54,973 nt of DNA from a virus (IMGVR_UViG_3300046752_000076:1-54973); one strand, 5' to 3'; counted from the first letter of the stretch, positions 27,142 through 36,845 are shown. Translations and numbers: made by a program. The notes: a model not told the origin generated them from the letters alone.

Positions 27142-27345
27142 ATGGCCTCAAAACAACAACACCCGATCACGTCCAAACACGATGATCCACATGATGACGT
27201 AACGCGCTGGCTTCCAATCAGCGAACCAGTCAGCAGCATAGTCGCCAAAACGCGTACCCGATACGAACTGACCCGAGACGCTCGCGAGTTCTGCGAGGCA
27301 GTCGATAACGAGTTCGTCATGGGCTACATGAGGTTCGGCTCGTGA
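27142..27345 (+). CDS. Hypothetical early protein
   Basis: Start MASKQQ with AAGGAG RBS. Confidence 0.6.
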   Translation: MASKQQHPITSKHDDPHDDVTRWLPISEPVSSIVAKTRTRYELTRDAREFCEAVDNEFVMGYMRFGS

Positions 27346-27491
27346 CACGCGTTCAACAAGCCGCGTTGGTGATTGCCTACTCAGGCATCACCGCACTCAT
27401 CGTACTCGAATGGATTTCGGGTTGTGGCACGCCTGATGGTCAGTGCCTCGTTATTCCAAACATCTACACAACCATAACAGGAGGACAATAA
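27342..27491 (+). CDS. Small membrane protein (49 aa)
   Basis: Hand translation MTRVQQAALVIAYSGITALIVLEWISGCGTPDGQCLVIPNIYTTITGGQ; GTGA and TAATG coupling. Confidence 0.6.
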   Translation: MTRVQQAALVIAYSGITALIVLEWISGCGTPDGQCLVIPNIYTTITGGQ

Positions 27492-27790
27492 TGGCAATAA
27501 TCACAAACAACCCGACTGCGTATGATGCTGCATCGTGGATCATAGCCTTATGGGAGCCGCTTCAACACTGGCGTCATGACTTGTGCGAAGAAGGCGACGA
27601 AGAAGACGACAAGGATTGGGATGAAGTCTGCACAGTCATGGCGTGGCTCACCTCAGAACTCGGCTACGAGTACAACAGCAATGGCGATCTCTGCCTGATA
27701 CCAGAGGAACCTGACGACGAACCAGACCCGAAAGTCGAGGAGCAAATACGAACGCTAGTGCGGAGGGTGCTCAATGAAGGATCAAATTGA
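27491..27790 (+). CDS. Acidic hypothetical early protein
   Basis: Start MAIITNNP with GGAGG RBS. Confidence 0.65.
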   Translation: MAIITNNPTAYDAASWIIALWEPLQHWRHDLCEEGDEEDDKDWDEVCTVMAWLTSELGYEYNSNGDLCLIPEEPDDEPDPKVEEQIRTLVRRVLNEGSN

Positions 27791-27977
27791 CGGGTACGTT
27801 CGTACGCTTGAGAACAGAGCGCACGCAGCGTTGTTTCACCACCACTCACGAGAGGATGGTGATGCCACGTCGTATGGCGAGTTCTTAGCTTACGTACGAG
27901 TTATCAGCGACTTCACTGGCGAGCACCGATTAGAGGTGCTTCAGCGCATAGCTGACGAAGCAAAAGTACCAGCGTGA
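27774..27977 (+). CDS. Hypothetical protein
   Basis: 67-aa ORF, GGAGG RBS. Confidence 0.55.
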   Translation: MKDQIDGYVRTLENRAHAALFHHHSREDGDATSYGEFLAYVRVISDFTGEHRLEVLQRIADEAKVPA

Positions 27978-28055
27978 ACATCGGTGAGGGCAAGTTCGCT
28001 TGCCCGATCCCATGTCCACAAGGACATGACAACCAGACATGAAAAGGAGAACCAT

Positions 28056-28793
28056 ATGTCTAACATTAAATCACGAAAAATCAGCATCAAAGCATCCGAA
28101 GCAATCGCAAAAACATTTGTGGAAAGCGGAGAGCTAGGGGAAAAAAATAATGCGCTCGATGCAGCGAGAGACACAACGCAAAGTGCCTTGCAAGAGTGCA
28201 TCAACCAGTTTGCCTTAGCGTCGGAAGCGCGTAAGCATTTCGATAGCTTAGACCCTACGGTTCAATTCGGTTTGCAACCTAGGTACATAGACACGGATTG
28301 CAGTTTCCGAGTGAGTGTAGATACACCTGAGTTGACGTACAACTGTAGTGAAAGCTACGAAACAGGCGTGTCCGAATGGGATTGGCGGCGTGAAGCAGAC
28401 CCACGTACACATACGCCAAATGCTTGGTGGTGGTTCGATAGTCGCGCATTGGAAGTCATACTGGCTACACAGGGAGCAGAGATTGCCAATAAGCTAGACC
28501 TACGCAAAGAGCTTGAGGCAAAAATGTTTAGCCACCCTCTTCTCATAGCGTCAGTCAACGCATCTAGGGCTTACAATGATTGGCGAGATAATATGTATGA
28601 CCTAAAAAGACGTATCGAGAACGACATACAAGGTCGCTCAGTATCGCAAGTCTTAAACGCATGGCCTGAACTTGTGGACGCCATCAACAAATACTATGAC
28701 GTGCCAGTAGTTGTGCAACAGCCTTTAAAGCAGCCACTTTCTGCCGTGATCGCAGAGGTAACAACACCCCTAATTACACAGGCTGCCGAATGA
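28056..28793 (+). CDS. Hypothetical early protein
   Basis: Start MSNIKS with AAGGAG RBS; C-terminal LNAWPEL resembles Nmad5-type phage proteins (tentative). Confidence 0.6.
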   Translation: MSNIKSRKISIKASEAIAKTFVESGELGEKNNALDAARDTTQSALQECINQFALASEARKHFDSLDPTVQFGLQPRYIDTDCSFRVSVDTPELTYNCSESYETGVSEWDWRREADPRTHTPNAWWWFDSRALEVILATQGAEIANKLDLRKELEAKMFSHPLLIASVNASRAYNDWRDNMYDLKRRIENDIQGRSVSQVLNAWPELVDAINKYYDVPVVVQQPLKQPLSAVIAEVTTPLITQAAE

Positions 28794-29458
28794 TACACTC
28801 TCGCTTTACGAAGGTGTTGATTGGTTGCGAGACGTCAGGCATCGTACGCGATGCCTTTCTCTCTCGTGGCTATGACGCATGGAGTTGCGATGTCCTGCCT
28901 GCCGACACGAAAACTAATCGTCACATACAGGATGATATAAGGAACGTGTTAGCGCTCGATGAGTGGCACCTAGTATTCGTAGCTCATCCACCCTGTACAC
29001 GATTGTGTAACAGTGGTGTTCGGTGGCTATCAAAACCACCACCCAACAAAACGAAAGCCCAGATGTGGGATGAACTAGACGAGGGCGCTGAGTTGTTCAG
29101 TGCCCTTTGGAACGCGGATGTGCCCTGCTTGGCTGTCGAAAACCCAGTCATGCACAAGTACGCAAAGGAACGCATCCGTAACTACGAACCATTTGCGCAG
29201 TCGATACAGCCTTGGGAGTTTGCAACCCACGAGGATAGTCCCGACAACGTGAAGAAGCGTACGTGTTTTTGGCTACGTAACCTACCACCACTAGCCAAGA
29301 CAGGTACGTTGGATGGCTCGACGGCAAGAGCCGAGGTGCATAACGCACCACCCAGCAAGGATCGCTGGAAGTTACGATCCAAGTTTTACCCAGGCGTTGC
29401 CGACGCAATGGCTACGCAATGGGGTAAGGCTGCATTGAAATCTTTAATAGGAGTATGA
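28790..29458 (+). CDS. Short phage-type DNA cytosine-5 methyltransferase-like protein
   Basis: SAM-binding VLIGCETSG, catalytic HPPCT, ENPV motif VI, KRTCFWL; no large target-recognition domain. Confidence 0.75.
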   Translation: MIHSRFTKVLIGCETSGIVRDAFLSRGYDAWSCDVLPADTKTNRHIQDDIRNVLALDEWHLVFVAHPPCTRLCNSGVRWLSKPPPNKTKAQMWDELDEGAELFSALWNADVPCLAVENPVMHKYAKERIRNYEPFAQSIQPWEFATHEDSPDNVKKRTCFWLRNLPPLAKTGTLDGSTARAEVHNAPPSKDRWKLRSKFYPGVADAMATQWGKAALKSLIGV

Positions 29459-29937
29459 TTATGAAACATACATATGGGGTCGGTATGGAACATCGAAAAA
29501 CTTTATACTTAATACGTGGGCTTACTGGCAGTGGTAAGACTTCGTTAGCAGCGCTTATTGACGACGGGCTGTGGTGCGAACACCAAATGCAAGCGTGGTC
29601 ATATAGTACCGATGACTACTTTACTAAACCAAATGGTGAGTATCACTTCGATGCTTCGCAACTTAAAAAAGCACACGCTTTCACTCAAGCAGAAGTTCGG
29701 GCGCATATGAAGGGGCTGCATGAACACGCAGATGCACTGATTGTTCACAACACCTTCTCATGTAACTGGGAGATGAAACCCTACAAGGACATGGCGAAGG
29801 AGTATGGTTGGTCAGTGTTCGTGATCGAGTGCCAGAATGATTTTGGTACGACGCACGATGTACCCGATGAGGTACGTGACCGTATGTCAGAGCGGTGGGA
29901 AAGAAACAAGGACGATCAACCCACAGGTAACGGGTAG
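29455..29937 (+). CDS. P-loop kinase (AAA_33/polynucleotide kinase-like)
   Basis: LYLIRGLTGSGKT, STDDYF, IVHNTF, HDVP motifs. Confidence 0.8.
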   Translation: MIMKHTYGVGMEHRKTLYLIRGLTGSGKTSLAALIDDGLWCEHQMQAWSYSTDDYFTKPNGEYHFDASQLKKAHAFTQAEVRAHMKGLHEHADALIVHNTFSCNWEMKPYKDMAKEYGWSVFVIECQNDFGTTHDVPDEVRDRMSERWERNKDDQPTGNG

Positions 29938-29960
29938 TGTAGGTAGGTAAGGAGTTCAAA

Positions 29961-30320
29961 ATGAAGCCTGCATTATTTGTTTTTGCTGACGAGGTTGGGA
30001 GTAGCTGCGTATACGTACACCAGTGCGACCAAGCTACGGCATACCATATGATTACGAACACGGTGACACACGAATGGGCACCGAGTTTGGAGCGGTTCTG
30101 TGCTGAAGAACTTTCCGCATTGTTTATAGCCGCGAACAAGAAGAAACCATTCGACATGATTGTAACTGGTGAATTTGATGAGACGGATAGCTACGAAGAA
30201 GTAGATGCGGTCTACGAAATCTACAAGTCACAAGACGGCAAGGCTATTCACATCATGCCAGTCACTTCAGACGACGGAGTAACGTCGATCTGGGAGTTCA
30301 GGAAAACCCTGCTCCACTAA
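29961..30320 (+). CDS. Hypothetical protein
   Basis: 119 aa, AAGGAG RBS. Confidence 0.6.
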   Translation: MKPALFVFADEVGSSCVYVHQCDQATAYHMITNTVTHEWAPSLERFCAEELSALFIAANKKKPFDMIVTGEFDETDSYEEVDAVYEIYKSQDGKAIHIMPVTSDDGVTSIWEFRKTLLH

Positions 30321-30344
30321 AAATTCTCTACACGTACGGGCGGC

Positions 30345-30430
30345 CAGAAATATCAAAGATATTTCTGAGGTTCCTAGAGCTATAGTCTTCGGCAATTCTG
30401 CCGAGGTCTATCTTATGCTGTACTAGCATA
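30345..30430. repeat. Three adjacent inverted repeats
   Basis: CAGAAATATC-AAA-GATATTTCTG; TCGGCA-ATTC-TGCCGA; TATGCT-GTACT-AGCATA. Confidence 0.75.
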
Positions 30431-30434
30431 GTAT

Positions 30435-30463
30435 TTGACACATCGTACGTTGTGTTATATACG
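30435..30463 (+). promoter_or_regulatory. Sigma70-like promoter for the AAA/VWA operon
   Basis: TTGACA-N17-TATACG. Confidence 0.55.
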
Positions 30464-30487
30464 CTACATATTCAACAAGGAAATCAA

Positions 30488-32101
30488 ATGTCAAACTTAA
30501 CTATCAAACGAATTGCTGAGACACATAACGCTCGTGAAGCACAGAAAGTTCTTCGCGGTGTTATCCAACACAAGCTTCCGTACGATCACGACTGGTGGCA
30601 ACCAGTTGTCAACGCAGCTTGTGCGTCCCCAGCGATCAACAATACTCACCCAAAGTCACGTTCGATGAAGAGTGTCAGCGTCTCGCAGATACTTGATCGT
30701 ATGAACGTGGATGGCCTTACGTTTCTCATCAACTACTTCAATACGGTAGGCACGGAAGAGGCTGCGTTGCTTCTTGCAAATGACTTCGTGCATCTCGATA
30801 GCCACGCGAAGCTCGATGAGATTACGAGTTGGCCTTTCACGCAAGACCTCGCAACCCTCGATGAACTGTACGAGACTGATCTCGAAAACGATCTCATGGA
30901 AATCGGTGGCTGCGCTGTCGAGGCCGAGCCAGAAGCTGAGGCCGAGGCCGAGGTCGAGCCAGAGGTTGAAGCAGATACATCCGATACGTACTCCGTACCT
31001 GATGCCATTGCTTCGGCTGCCAACGTACTGCTTGAGGCTGCCACTGGCGGTGACGAGAAAGACTTGCAAGCACTGCTTGACGAGGTGGTTACGCTTCGCA
31101 AGAAGCCTGACTACGCTGCCGTGCCAGAGGTTGATGCTACAGGCGACATACCGTTCGGCGCACCCATACGAAAGAACGTACAGGATGTGTTCGGTATCAA
31201 GCACAAGATGCTAGACTTCGAGATCAATGCGTACGAGTGGGCTGGCACCAACCCTTTGGTGCCTGTTGTTGATGAGAACTATATCTTCAACGTCGATGCT
31301 CTGCATGACTGCTTGTGGGCGCGTAATAATAAAGAGAACGCGTGGCTATCGGGTCATACTGGTACTGGCAAGTCTACCTTTGTCGAGCAAGTATGTGCCC
31401 GTACTGGCTACATGTTGGTTCGTGTCAACATGGACAGCGGTATCGAGCGTGACACGTTCGTCGGTATCATGGGTCTTGAGGCTGATGAGAACGGCAACAA
31501 CATCAGCAAGTTCGTGGACGGTATACTGCCGAAAGCAATGCAGATGCCGTGTATTCTCCTGCTCGATGAGCTTGATGCTGTACGTCCAGATATTGCGTAC
31601 GTATTGCAGCCTGTCCTTGAGGGCAAGTCGTTACGATTGCTTGAGGATGGTGGCCGTATGGTTCACCCACATATGGACTTCCATATCTGTGCGACTGGTA
31701 ACTCTACTGGTCAAGGCGATAGCTCTGGTATGTACGCGGCTGCTGTCAAAATTCAGTCTCGTGCTCTGGTCAATCGGTTCGCTACTCACATTCGTATCGA
31801 TTACCTATCTCTTGCTGACGAGATGGCGCTGGTTCGCAACGCTGCTCCAACGCTGAGTGCCAAGTCGGAAGAGTACATCCAAGACTTCGTGATGAACTAC
31901 CGACAAGGCTTCCTAGATGGGACGATTGTAACACCCATATCACCTCGTAACACCGCTACGATTGGCAAGTACGTAGCCAGTCTTGAGGATCGCATTGGTT
32001 GCTTGGCTTCTGTCAAGAAAGCACTGCACATGAACGTGATGCTGACCATCGATGAGGCTGATGCCATTGCGGTAACTGGCATCATGGATCGCATATCATA
32101 A
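30488..32101 (+). CDS. MoxR-family (CobS/CbbQ-like) AAA+ ATPase with long N-terminal extension
   Basis: GHTGTGKST, LLLDELD, ATGNSTGQGD, ALVNRF, ISPR; likely start ATG 30488. Confidence 0.9.
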   Translation: MSNLTIKRIAETHNAREAQKVLRGVIQHKLPYDHDWWQPVVNAACASPAINNTHPKSRSMKSVSVSQILDRMNVDGLTFLINYFNTVGTEEAALLLANDFVHLDSHAKLDEITSWPFTQDLATLDELYETDLENDLMEIGGCAVEAEPEAEAEAEVEPEVEADTSDTYSVPDAIASAANVLLEAATGGDEKDLQALLDEVVTLRKKPDYAAVPEVDATGDIPFGAPIRKNVQDVFGIKHKMLDFEINAYEWAGTNPLVPVVDENYIFNVDALHDCLWARNNKENAWLSGHTGTGKSTFVEQVCARTGYMLVRVNMDSGIERDTFVGIMGLEADENGNNISKFVDGILPKAMQMPCILLLDELDAVRPDIAYVLQPVLEGKSLRLLEDGGRMVHPHMDFHICATGNSTGQGDSSGMYAAAVKIQSRALVNRFATHIRIDYLSLADEMALVRNAAPTLSAKSEEYIQDFVMNYRQGFLDGTIVTPISPRNTATIGKYVASLEDRIGCLASVKKALHMNVMLTIDEADAIAVTGIMDRIS

Positions 32102-32125
32102 TCAAATTTCAACAAGGAGTAACAA

Positions 32126-34105
32126 ATGTTTTCGCAAAATTCTGTATCTGCCCTAGCGACTGAGCTAGACAAGCTGTCTCGCATCATGGGTAACAAGAAC
32201 GTACGTACCACTTTCAACGGGAGTGGTGCTTACACCGATGGTCATACTGTCAACGTGCCAGCAATGGACATGGACGCGCAGCTTGACCCAACCCACCAAG
32301 CGATCATGCGTGGCTATCATATACACGAGGTCAGCCACGTTACTGACACTGACTTCAGCGTGTTCAACAAACGTGGCGTCAAGAAGATCAAGGACACATG
32401 GAACTGCTGTGAGGATGTGTTCGTAGAGCGCAAGGCTATGGAGAAATTTCCAGGAGCAAGGCGTTCTCTCCAACAGACAATCAATCACGTACTTGAGAAA
32501 GAGAACGAGCACTGGGCTGACAACCCAGAGAAGGATGAGAAGCGTCGAGAGAAGTGGTGGACAGAGATACCATACGCTGCTCTGCAAGTGGCTCGTAGGA
32601 AGATGGGGTACGACAGCGAGGCACTGGATCAGTACATTGATGACATGCCAAAGGAACTAATGAGAGAAGCGCGGAAGTTCTCCACGAAGATGATCGACGC
32701 TGACAATTCACATGATGCTCTGGCGGTTGCTCGTGCAATCGAGCGCCGCATGAAGAAGCTTGGTGAGGAGTACGTCGAAGAGGAACAGGAGAAGCAACAG
32801 CAAGGGATCGGTCAGCCCAACCCAGAAGGTGACGAGCAAGGGCGTATTGAGAACGGTAGCGATCAAAACTCTGACGACGGCGACAGTGATGGCGACGGAG
32901 ACGACAACGGTGATGGCGATGGCGACGGAACGAACGGTGGCGGCGACGGCGAAGACGGCGACGGCGGTGCTGGCGGTAGCGGCGGTGACGATGAAGACGG
33001 CGACGCTGACACTGGTACGAACGCTCAACCCATTACCATCGATCCCAACGAGGGTGGCTTCAGTACTGCTGATGCTGAAGAGCGTGCAAAGGGTGCGATG
33101 AACGCTGTCTTTGGCAAGTACTCAAGCAAGGATGCCAAACACGTTTGCACTGACAAAGCGGAAGTGTTCGACGATCACAAGCAAGTTTGGTCGTGGCTGT
33201 ATGATGTTGCCAATAGAACGGACAACGGTAAACGCGTCCACGCGCACATCAAAAACAACATTCAGGGACATAGGACTACGCCCCATGGGAGTACGCATCT
33301 TACCACCAGAAACAACACGAAGATTATGAATGAGCGTATGCCTGATGATGTTCGTTTGTATAGCGCTAGACTTGCACGTCTACTGTTGTCGCAAGAGGAC
33401 AGACGTAAAGAAGGTGGTCATCGTTCTGGCAAGATCGATGCGCGTAGGCTTTCACAAATCAAAGCAGGCAACACCAATGTCTTTGCACGTAACAGTGTAA
33501 CCAAGACTGCTGAGACGCGCATCATGGTTGCGGTTGATGGTTCGTCCAGTATGCAATGGGAGCCTACCGTTTCTGCAATACTGGCTCTCAACCAGTGCCT
33601 TGGTCGTGCCAATGTCAAGTTTGATATTGTCGAATGGGGTGGCGTATCATGGGGGCATCAAGACAAAGTGTTTGGAGACAGACCTTGGCTTGTCTATCAC
33701 AAGAAATCTTCCGACAACTGGCGAAAGATCAACACTGGCTTTGAGTTCCAGCCAGTCGGCGGCGACACACCCACGTACTCTAGCATGGTTGGTACTGCTC
33801 GTATTATGAGCGAGTGGCAAGAGCCTCGACGCGTGCTCCTGTTCCTTACTGATGGCAAACCCAATGGTAGGGAACATGAGAGCAAGGTGGTTGGTGATCT
33901 TGTCAAGGATATGTTCGCTGGCGGTATCGAAAGCTACGCCGTTTATATTGGACGGCAGCTCAAAGAAAATTCTGTTACGAGACAATTGTTGGACATGATG
34001 TTCGATGACAAATGGACAGAGTGTACGTTCGAGAAGCTTGGCGAGACATTGCTCGGCGGTATCGAGAGGCTGCTCATCAAAGGGGGTCACGCCCATGCCG
34101 CGTGA
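32126..34105 (+). CDS. CobT-like VWA-domain protein, partner of the MoxR ATPase
   Basis: AYTDG...HEVSH, Asp/Gly-rich linker, SGKIDARRL, MIDAS motif DGSSSM, GDTP, LTDG. Confidence 0.85.
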   Translation: MFSQNSVSALATELDKLSRIMGNKNVRTTFNGSGAYTDGHTVNVPAMDMDAQLDPTHQAIMRGYHIHEVSHVTDTDFSVFNKRGVKKIKDTWNCCEDVFVERKAMEKFPGARRSLQQTINHVLEKENEHWADNPEKDEKRREKWWTEIPYAALQVARRKMGYDSEALDQYIDDMPKELMREARKFSTKMIDADNSHDALAVARAIERRMKKLGEEYVEEEQEKQQQGIGQPNPEGDEQGRIENGSDQNSDDGDSDGDGDDNGDGDGDGTNGGGDGEDGDGGAGGSGGDDEDGDADTGTNAQPITIDPNEGGFSTADAEERAKGAMNAVFGKYSSKDAKHVCTDKAEVFDDHKQVWSWLYDVANRTDNGKRVHAHIKNNIQGHRTTPHGSTHLTTRNNTKIMNERMPDDVRLYSARLARLLLSQEDRRKEGGHRSGKIDARRLSQIKAGNTNVFARNSVTKTAETRIMVAVDGSSSMQWEPTVSAILALNQCLGRANVKFDIVEWGGVSWGHQDKVFGDRPWLVYHKKSSDNWRKINTGFEFQPVGGDTPTYSSMVGTARIMSEWQEPRRVLLFLTDGKPNGREHESKVVGDLVKDMFAGGIESYAVYIGRQLKENSVTRQLLDMMFDDKWTECTFEKLGETLLGGIERLLIKGGHAHAA

Positions 34106-34415
34106 TCTCAAACTACCCAGAAGTTTTGACCCGAAGGTCAATCCCACCATGAAACGAGACTGGTTCAAGCTGGCTGATGGCTGGCGACCACACTCATGGT
34201 GGTGGCATGTGGCGTACGTCATCCGATCAAAGCGCGTACGCCACGCCGATGAAGAAAAGATTAAGCGCGTGATGCGCTTGATCGATAACAAACTTCCCCA
34301 TCTACAGGAGGATTACACCCGTGGAAGTACTAACACAAGCAGTACTCTGCCTAGCATTGAACGTATACTTCGAGGCGAGGTCAGAGGATACGAGGGGACA
34401 ACTCGCCGTGGCTGA
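34095..34415 (+). CDS. Hypothetical protein
   Basis: Likely start MPRDLK at 34095; 3' end overlaps the SleB gene. Confidence 0.45.
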   Translation: MPRDLKLPRSFDPKVNPTMKRDWFKLADGWRPHSWWWHVAYVIRSKRVRHADEEKIKRVMRLIDNKLPHLQEDYTRGSTNTSSTLPSIERILRGEVRGYEGTTRRG

Positions 34416-34707
34416 AGTCACACTCAATCGAGTGAAGAGCGAGAAATATCCCGACAATATTTGTGATGTTGTGTGGCAACGAAAGCAGTTTAGTTGGACG
34501 CACGATGGCAAGAGCGACAACCCAAAGCACGCAAAGGCTTGGGAGAAAGCGCAACGAATAGCGCTGTTCGCAATCACGACAGGCAACAAGATAGTGGGAG
34601 ATGACGTCACCCACTATCACGCAAGTTATACGCAACCGTACTGGACAAACTCTTATGAACGCGTTGCGCAAGTTGGAACACATATTTTCTACAAGAGAAA
34701 GGGTTAG
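34321..34707 (+). CDS. SleB-like cell wall hydrolase (Hydrolase_2)
   Basis: CLALNVYFEARSE...VTLNRV...YPDNICDVVWQRKQFSW...THYHA...HIFY. Confidence 0.9.
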   Translation: MEVLTQAVLCLALNVYFEARSEDTRGQLAVAEVTLNRVKSEKYPDNICDVVWQRKQFSWTHDGKSDNPKHAKAWEKAQRIALFAITTGNKIVGDDVTHYHASYTQPYWTNSYERVAQVGTHIFYKRKG

Positions 34708-34710
34708 AAT

Positions 34711-34887
34711 ATGTTGGTAAGAAATAAAGTTGAGGTAGTGAACGCGCTCAAGCGAATGGAAGTTAAGGTCGGTAACTTACGCCTTGAGTTCAAAGCGACA
34801 GGCAACCCACGAAAGTATGACATGGATGAGATGCTTACGCTCATCGACAAAGTTAAATCTAATTTAGCAGGAGCAGAAAAGACATGA
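34711..34887 (+). CDS. Hypothetical protein (58 aa)
   Basis: Hand translation MLVRNKVEVVNALKRMEVK...; ATGA coupling to the next gene. Confidence 0.55.
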   Translation: MLVRNKVEVVNALKRMEVKVGNLRLEFKATGNPRKYDMDEMLTLIDKVKSNLAGAEKT

Positions 34888-35246
34888 CGGATTTTAATCA
34901 CGAAGATGTATTAAGAGAAAAGATGCTTGCGTTCGAAAGAGCGCAAGTGAAACTCAAACTAAGACCAGTGCTTCCGTGCGATAGGAAAAGCGAAGACCGA
35001 GTTATTAAGACTTCCGAAGAAAAGCGCGAGGCCAGGATCAAACTCTACGAAATCATCTTAGAGAACATGAACGACAGCGAAGTCGTGACCGCGCAGGAGA
35101 TAGCCGTTCGTACGAACATACCAATGCAGTCGGCAGCGAACTACTTACGCTCGATGGAGAAGGAAGAGTATGTGGCTGCGATACCCAGAGTGAGTAAGAA
35201 TAATCGATGCTGGGCGTTCGCAAAAACAGGGAAGATGGTGGCATGA
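34884..35246 (+). CDS. Winged-HTH DNA-binding protein
   Basis: VTAQEIAVRTNIPMQSAANYLRSMEKEEYV. Confidence 0.7.
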   Translation: MTDFNHEDVLREKMLAFERAQVKLKLRPVLPCDRKSEDRVIKTSEEKREARIKLYEIILENMNDSEVVTAQEIAVRTNIPMQSAANYLRSMEKEEYVAAIPRVSKNNRCWAFAKTGKMVA

Positions 35247-35458
35247 CAGAAAAGAAACCAACAGCGATATACAAGTTTACCGAGCATGAGGTTATCACCC
35301 TCATGCTTGCGTTAGAAGATGGGATCAAGACAGGGAGAGAGCGCAAAGAAAAAAAGGCAGTCAAAGATATGATGGCGTTATTCGAGCGCCTCATGCTTGA
35401 CCTTGCGATGGCGAAGATGCTCTGGGATGAGCAGTCGGATGGAAAGTATTTGCAATGA
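35243..35458 (+). CDS. Hypothetical protein
   Basis: Likely start MTEKK by ATGA coupling. Confidence 0.55.
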   Translation: MTEKKPTAIYKFTEHEVITLMLALEDGIKTGRERKEKKAVKDMMALFERLMLDLAMAKMLWDEQSDGKYLQ

Positions 35459-35736
35459 GCGAAGATCGCCAACCAGAAATCAAATACGTACGAAAGAGAT
35501 TGTATGTCACCGACGACCAAACGCCTGCGTTGTCGGTTGACGATGATGGATATGTGCGCTGCGGCCTGACCGTTGATATGCGTACGAACGATATGCTTGT
35601 CTTGGGACTGGTGCTGTCACTCAAAAATAAGAAATGGAAAGCTGACCTGATCGAACGCGTAAAAGAAAAGATGGAAGGTGCAACGACGCCGACATCTCGA
35701 AGCGTTCGCATCATGGAACTTTTAGGCGACGATTAA
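35455..35736 (+). CDS. Hypothetical protein
   Basis: 93 aa, coupled; last gene of the + strand block. Confidence 0.6.
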   Translation: MSEDRQPEIKYVRKRLYVTDDQTPALSVDDDGYVRCGLTVDMRTNDMLVLGLVLSLKNKKWKADLIERVKEKMEGATTPTSRSVRIMELLGDD

Positions 35737-35744
35737 TCATGTAC

Positions 35745-36020
35745 TAGGGGGCACCCGAGAAGGCTTGGCTGAAATGAAAAACCGCCCAGTAGATCAAGCT
35801 GATTAGCAAGCCCACACAAGACCCTACTGAGCGGTTTTATTTTTCCCCACACCGATCATGTAACTCGGCGGTAGCTACTCTGGGGCTACAGTCTCAGGCG
35901 AAAGGAGATATCCTTCTCTGTAGTGACGCGGTTATCGGCTTGTATGAAAACAATATATAGAACCGAAGCGCACTCACGCCTTACGCATTAGGTGAGCCTT
36001 CGTCCATCAAGACCCACCCA
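35745..36020. ncRNA. Possible structured non-coding RNA between convergent operons
   Basis: About 290 nt with no credible ORF and several stems, e.g. AAAACCGCCCAGTAG (35778-35792) / CTACTGAGCGGTTTT (35824-35838). Confidence 0.3.
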
Positions 36021-36024
36021 ATTC

Positions 36025-36726
36025 CTAAACGCACGTTGGGTTCACTTGCTCCATTCGACGTGCATAAACTATTGTTGTATGTGCCTTACCCACACTGTTG
36101 TGAGTTGTGTAACTGGCTTCCACCAATCTCCCACCACGACATAACCTTACACACGCCGATTGTACCTTGGTGTAACAACCGTTCTGTGTGCTATCAAAGT
36201 CTTTACGTTTGACAGGATTGATCGAGAGTATAGACCATAACACGTCCACGAAACCCATAGGCTCAATCGACAACACGTCGAGGATCATATCGTCGAGTTC
36301 ACCGTTAGACATGTGTAGTAAAGTTGTGAACATTTGATCTCTTATTTTGAGCAAACTATCTGCGTCTGTCGCATCAGTCACAACTTCTCTGGGTCTGTCG
36401 TCGGTGACAACTTCAGCCCATTCGGTAAGTATCTCGTCGTCCGTTTTATCTTCAACGTCGATTACTTCTTCGTCGTCGTCTTCTTCGATGAGAACTGTAT
36501 CTTCGTCCTCAGTATCAAGCCTGATTGCTATCCACTTAGCTAAGTGAAGTCGCTCTGGAAAATTAGGCTTGACCGTTGCTTTATATCTGTCGCCAACACG
36601 AACATCACAAGCGTTCGCCATAGCAACTGAGATGTAACACACCTCGTTTTCTGGTGTGGTTGAAAATGCTGCGCCTGTCTTTGCGCAACCTGTTACTTCT
36701 AGAACTGTAGTTGTGTATCTCTGCAT
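36025..36726 (-). CDS. Hypothetical protein with acidic linker
   Basis: Long ORF; likely start MQRYTT at 36726. Confidence 0.65.
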   Translation of the reverse strand: MQRYTTTVLEVTGCAKTGAAFSTTPENEVCYISVAMANACDVRVGDRYKATVKPNFPERLHLAKWIAIRLDTEDEDTVLIEEDDDEEVIDVEDKTDDEILTEWAEVVTDDRPREVVTDATDADSLLKIRDQMFTTLLHMSNGELDDMILDVLSIEPMGFVDVLWSILSINPVKRKDFDSTQNGCYTKVQSACVRLCRGGRLVEASYTTHNSVGKAHTTIVYARRMEQVNPTCV

Positions 36727-36845
36727 CTTAATAACCATTAAATTTGTGTTCATCCCTAACGATGAGTTGATATGTGAACCAAGTTGTGTGACAACTTGGA
36801 CTGCTCAATGAACACCAAAAGTTATATAAGGTATGTAGGATTTCT

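Noticed and set aside
30488-34105. Cobalamin biosynthesis genes cobS/cobT as auxiliary metabolic genes
   Set aside because: No cobN or other cob genes; the motifs support only a generic MoxR/VWA pair.
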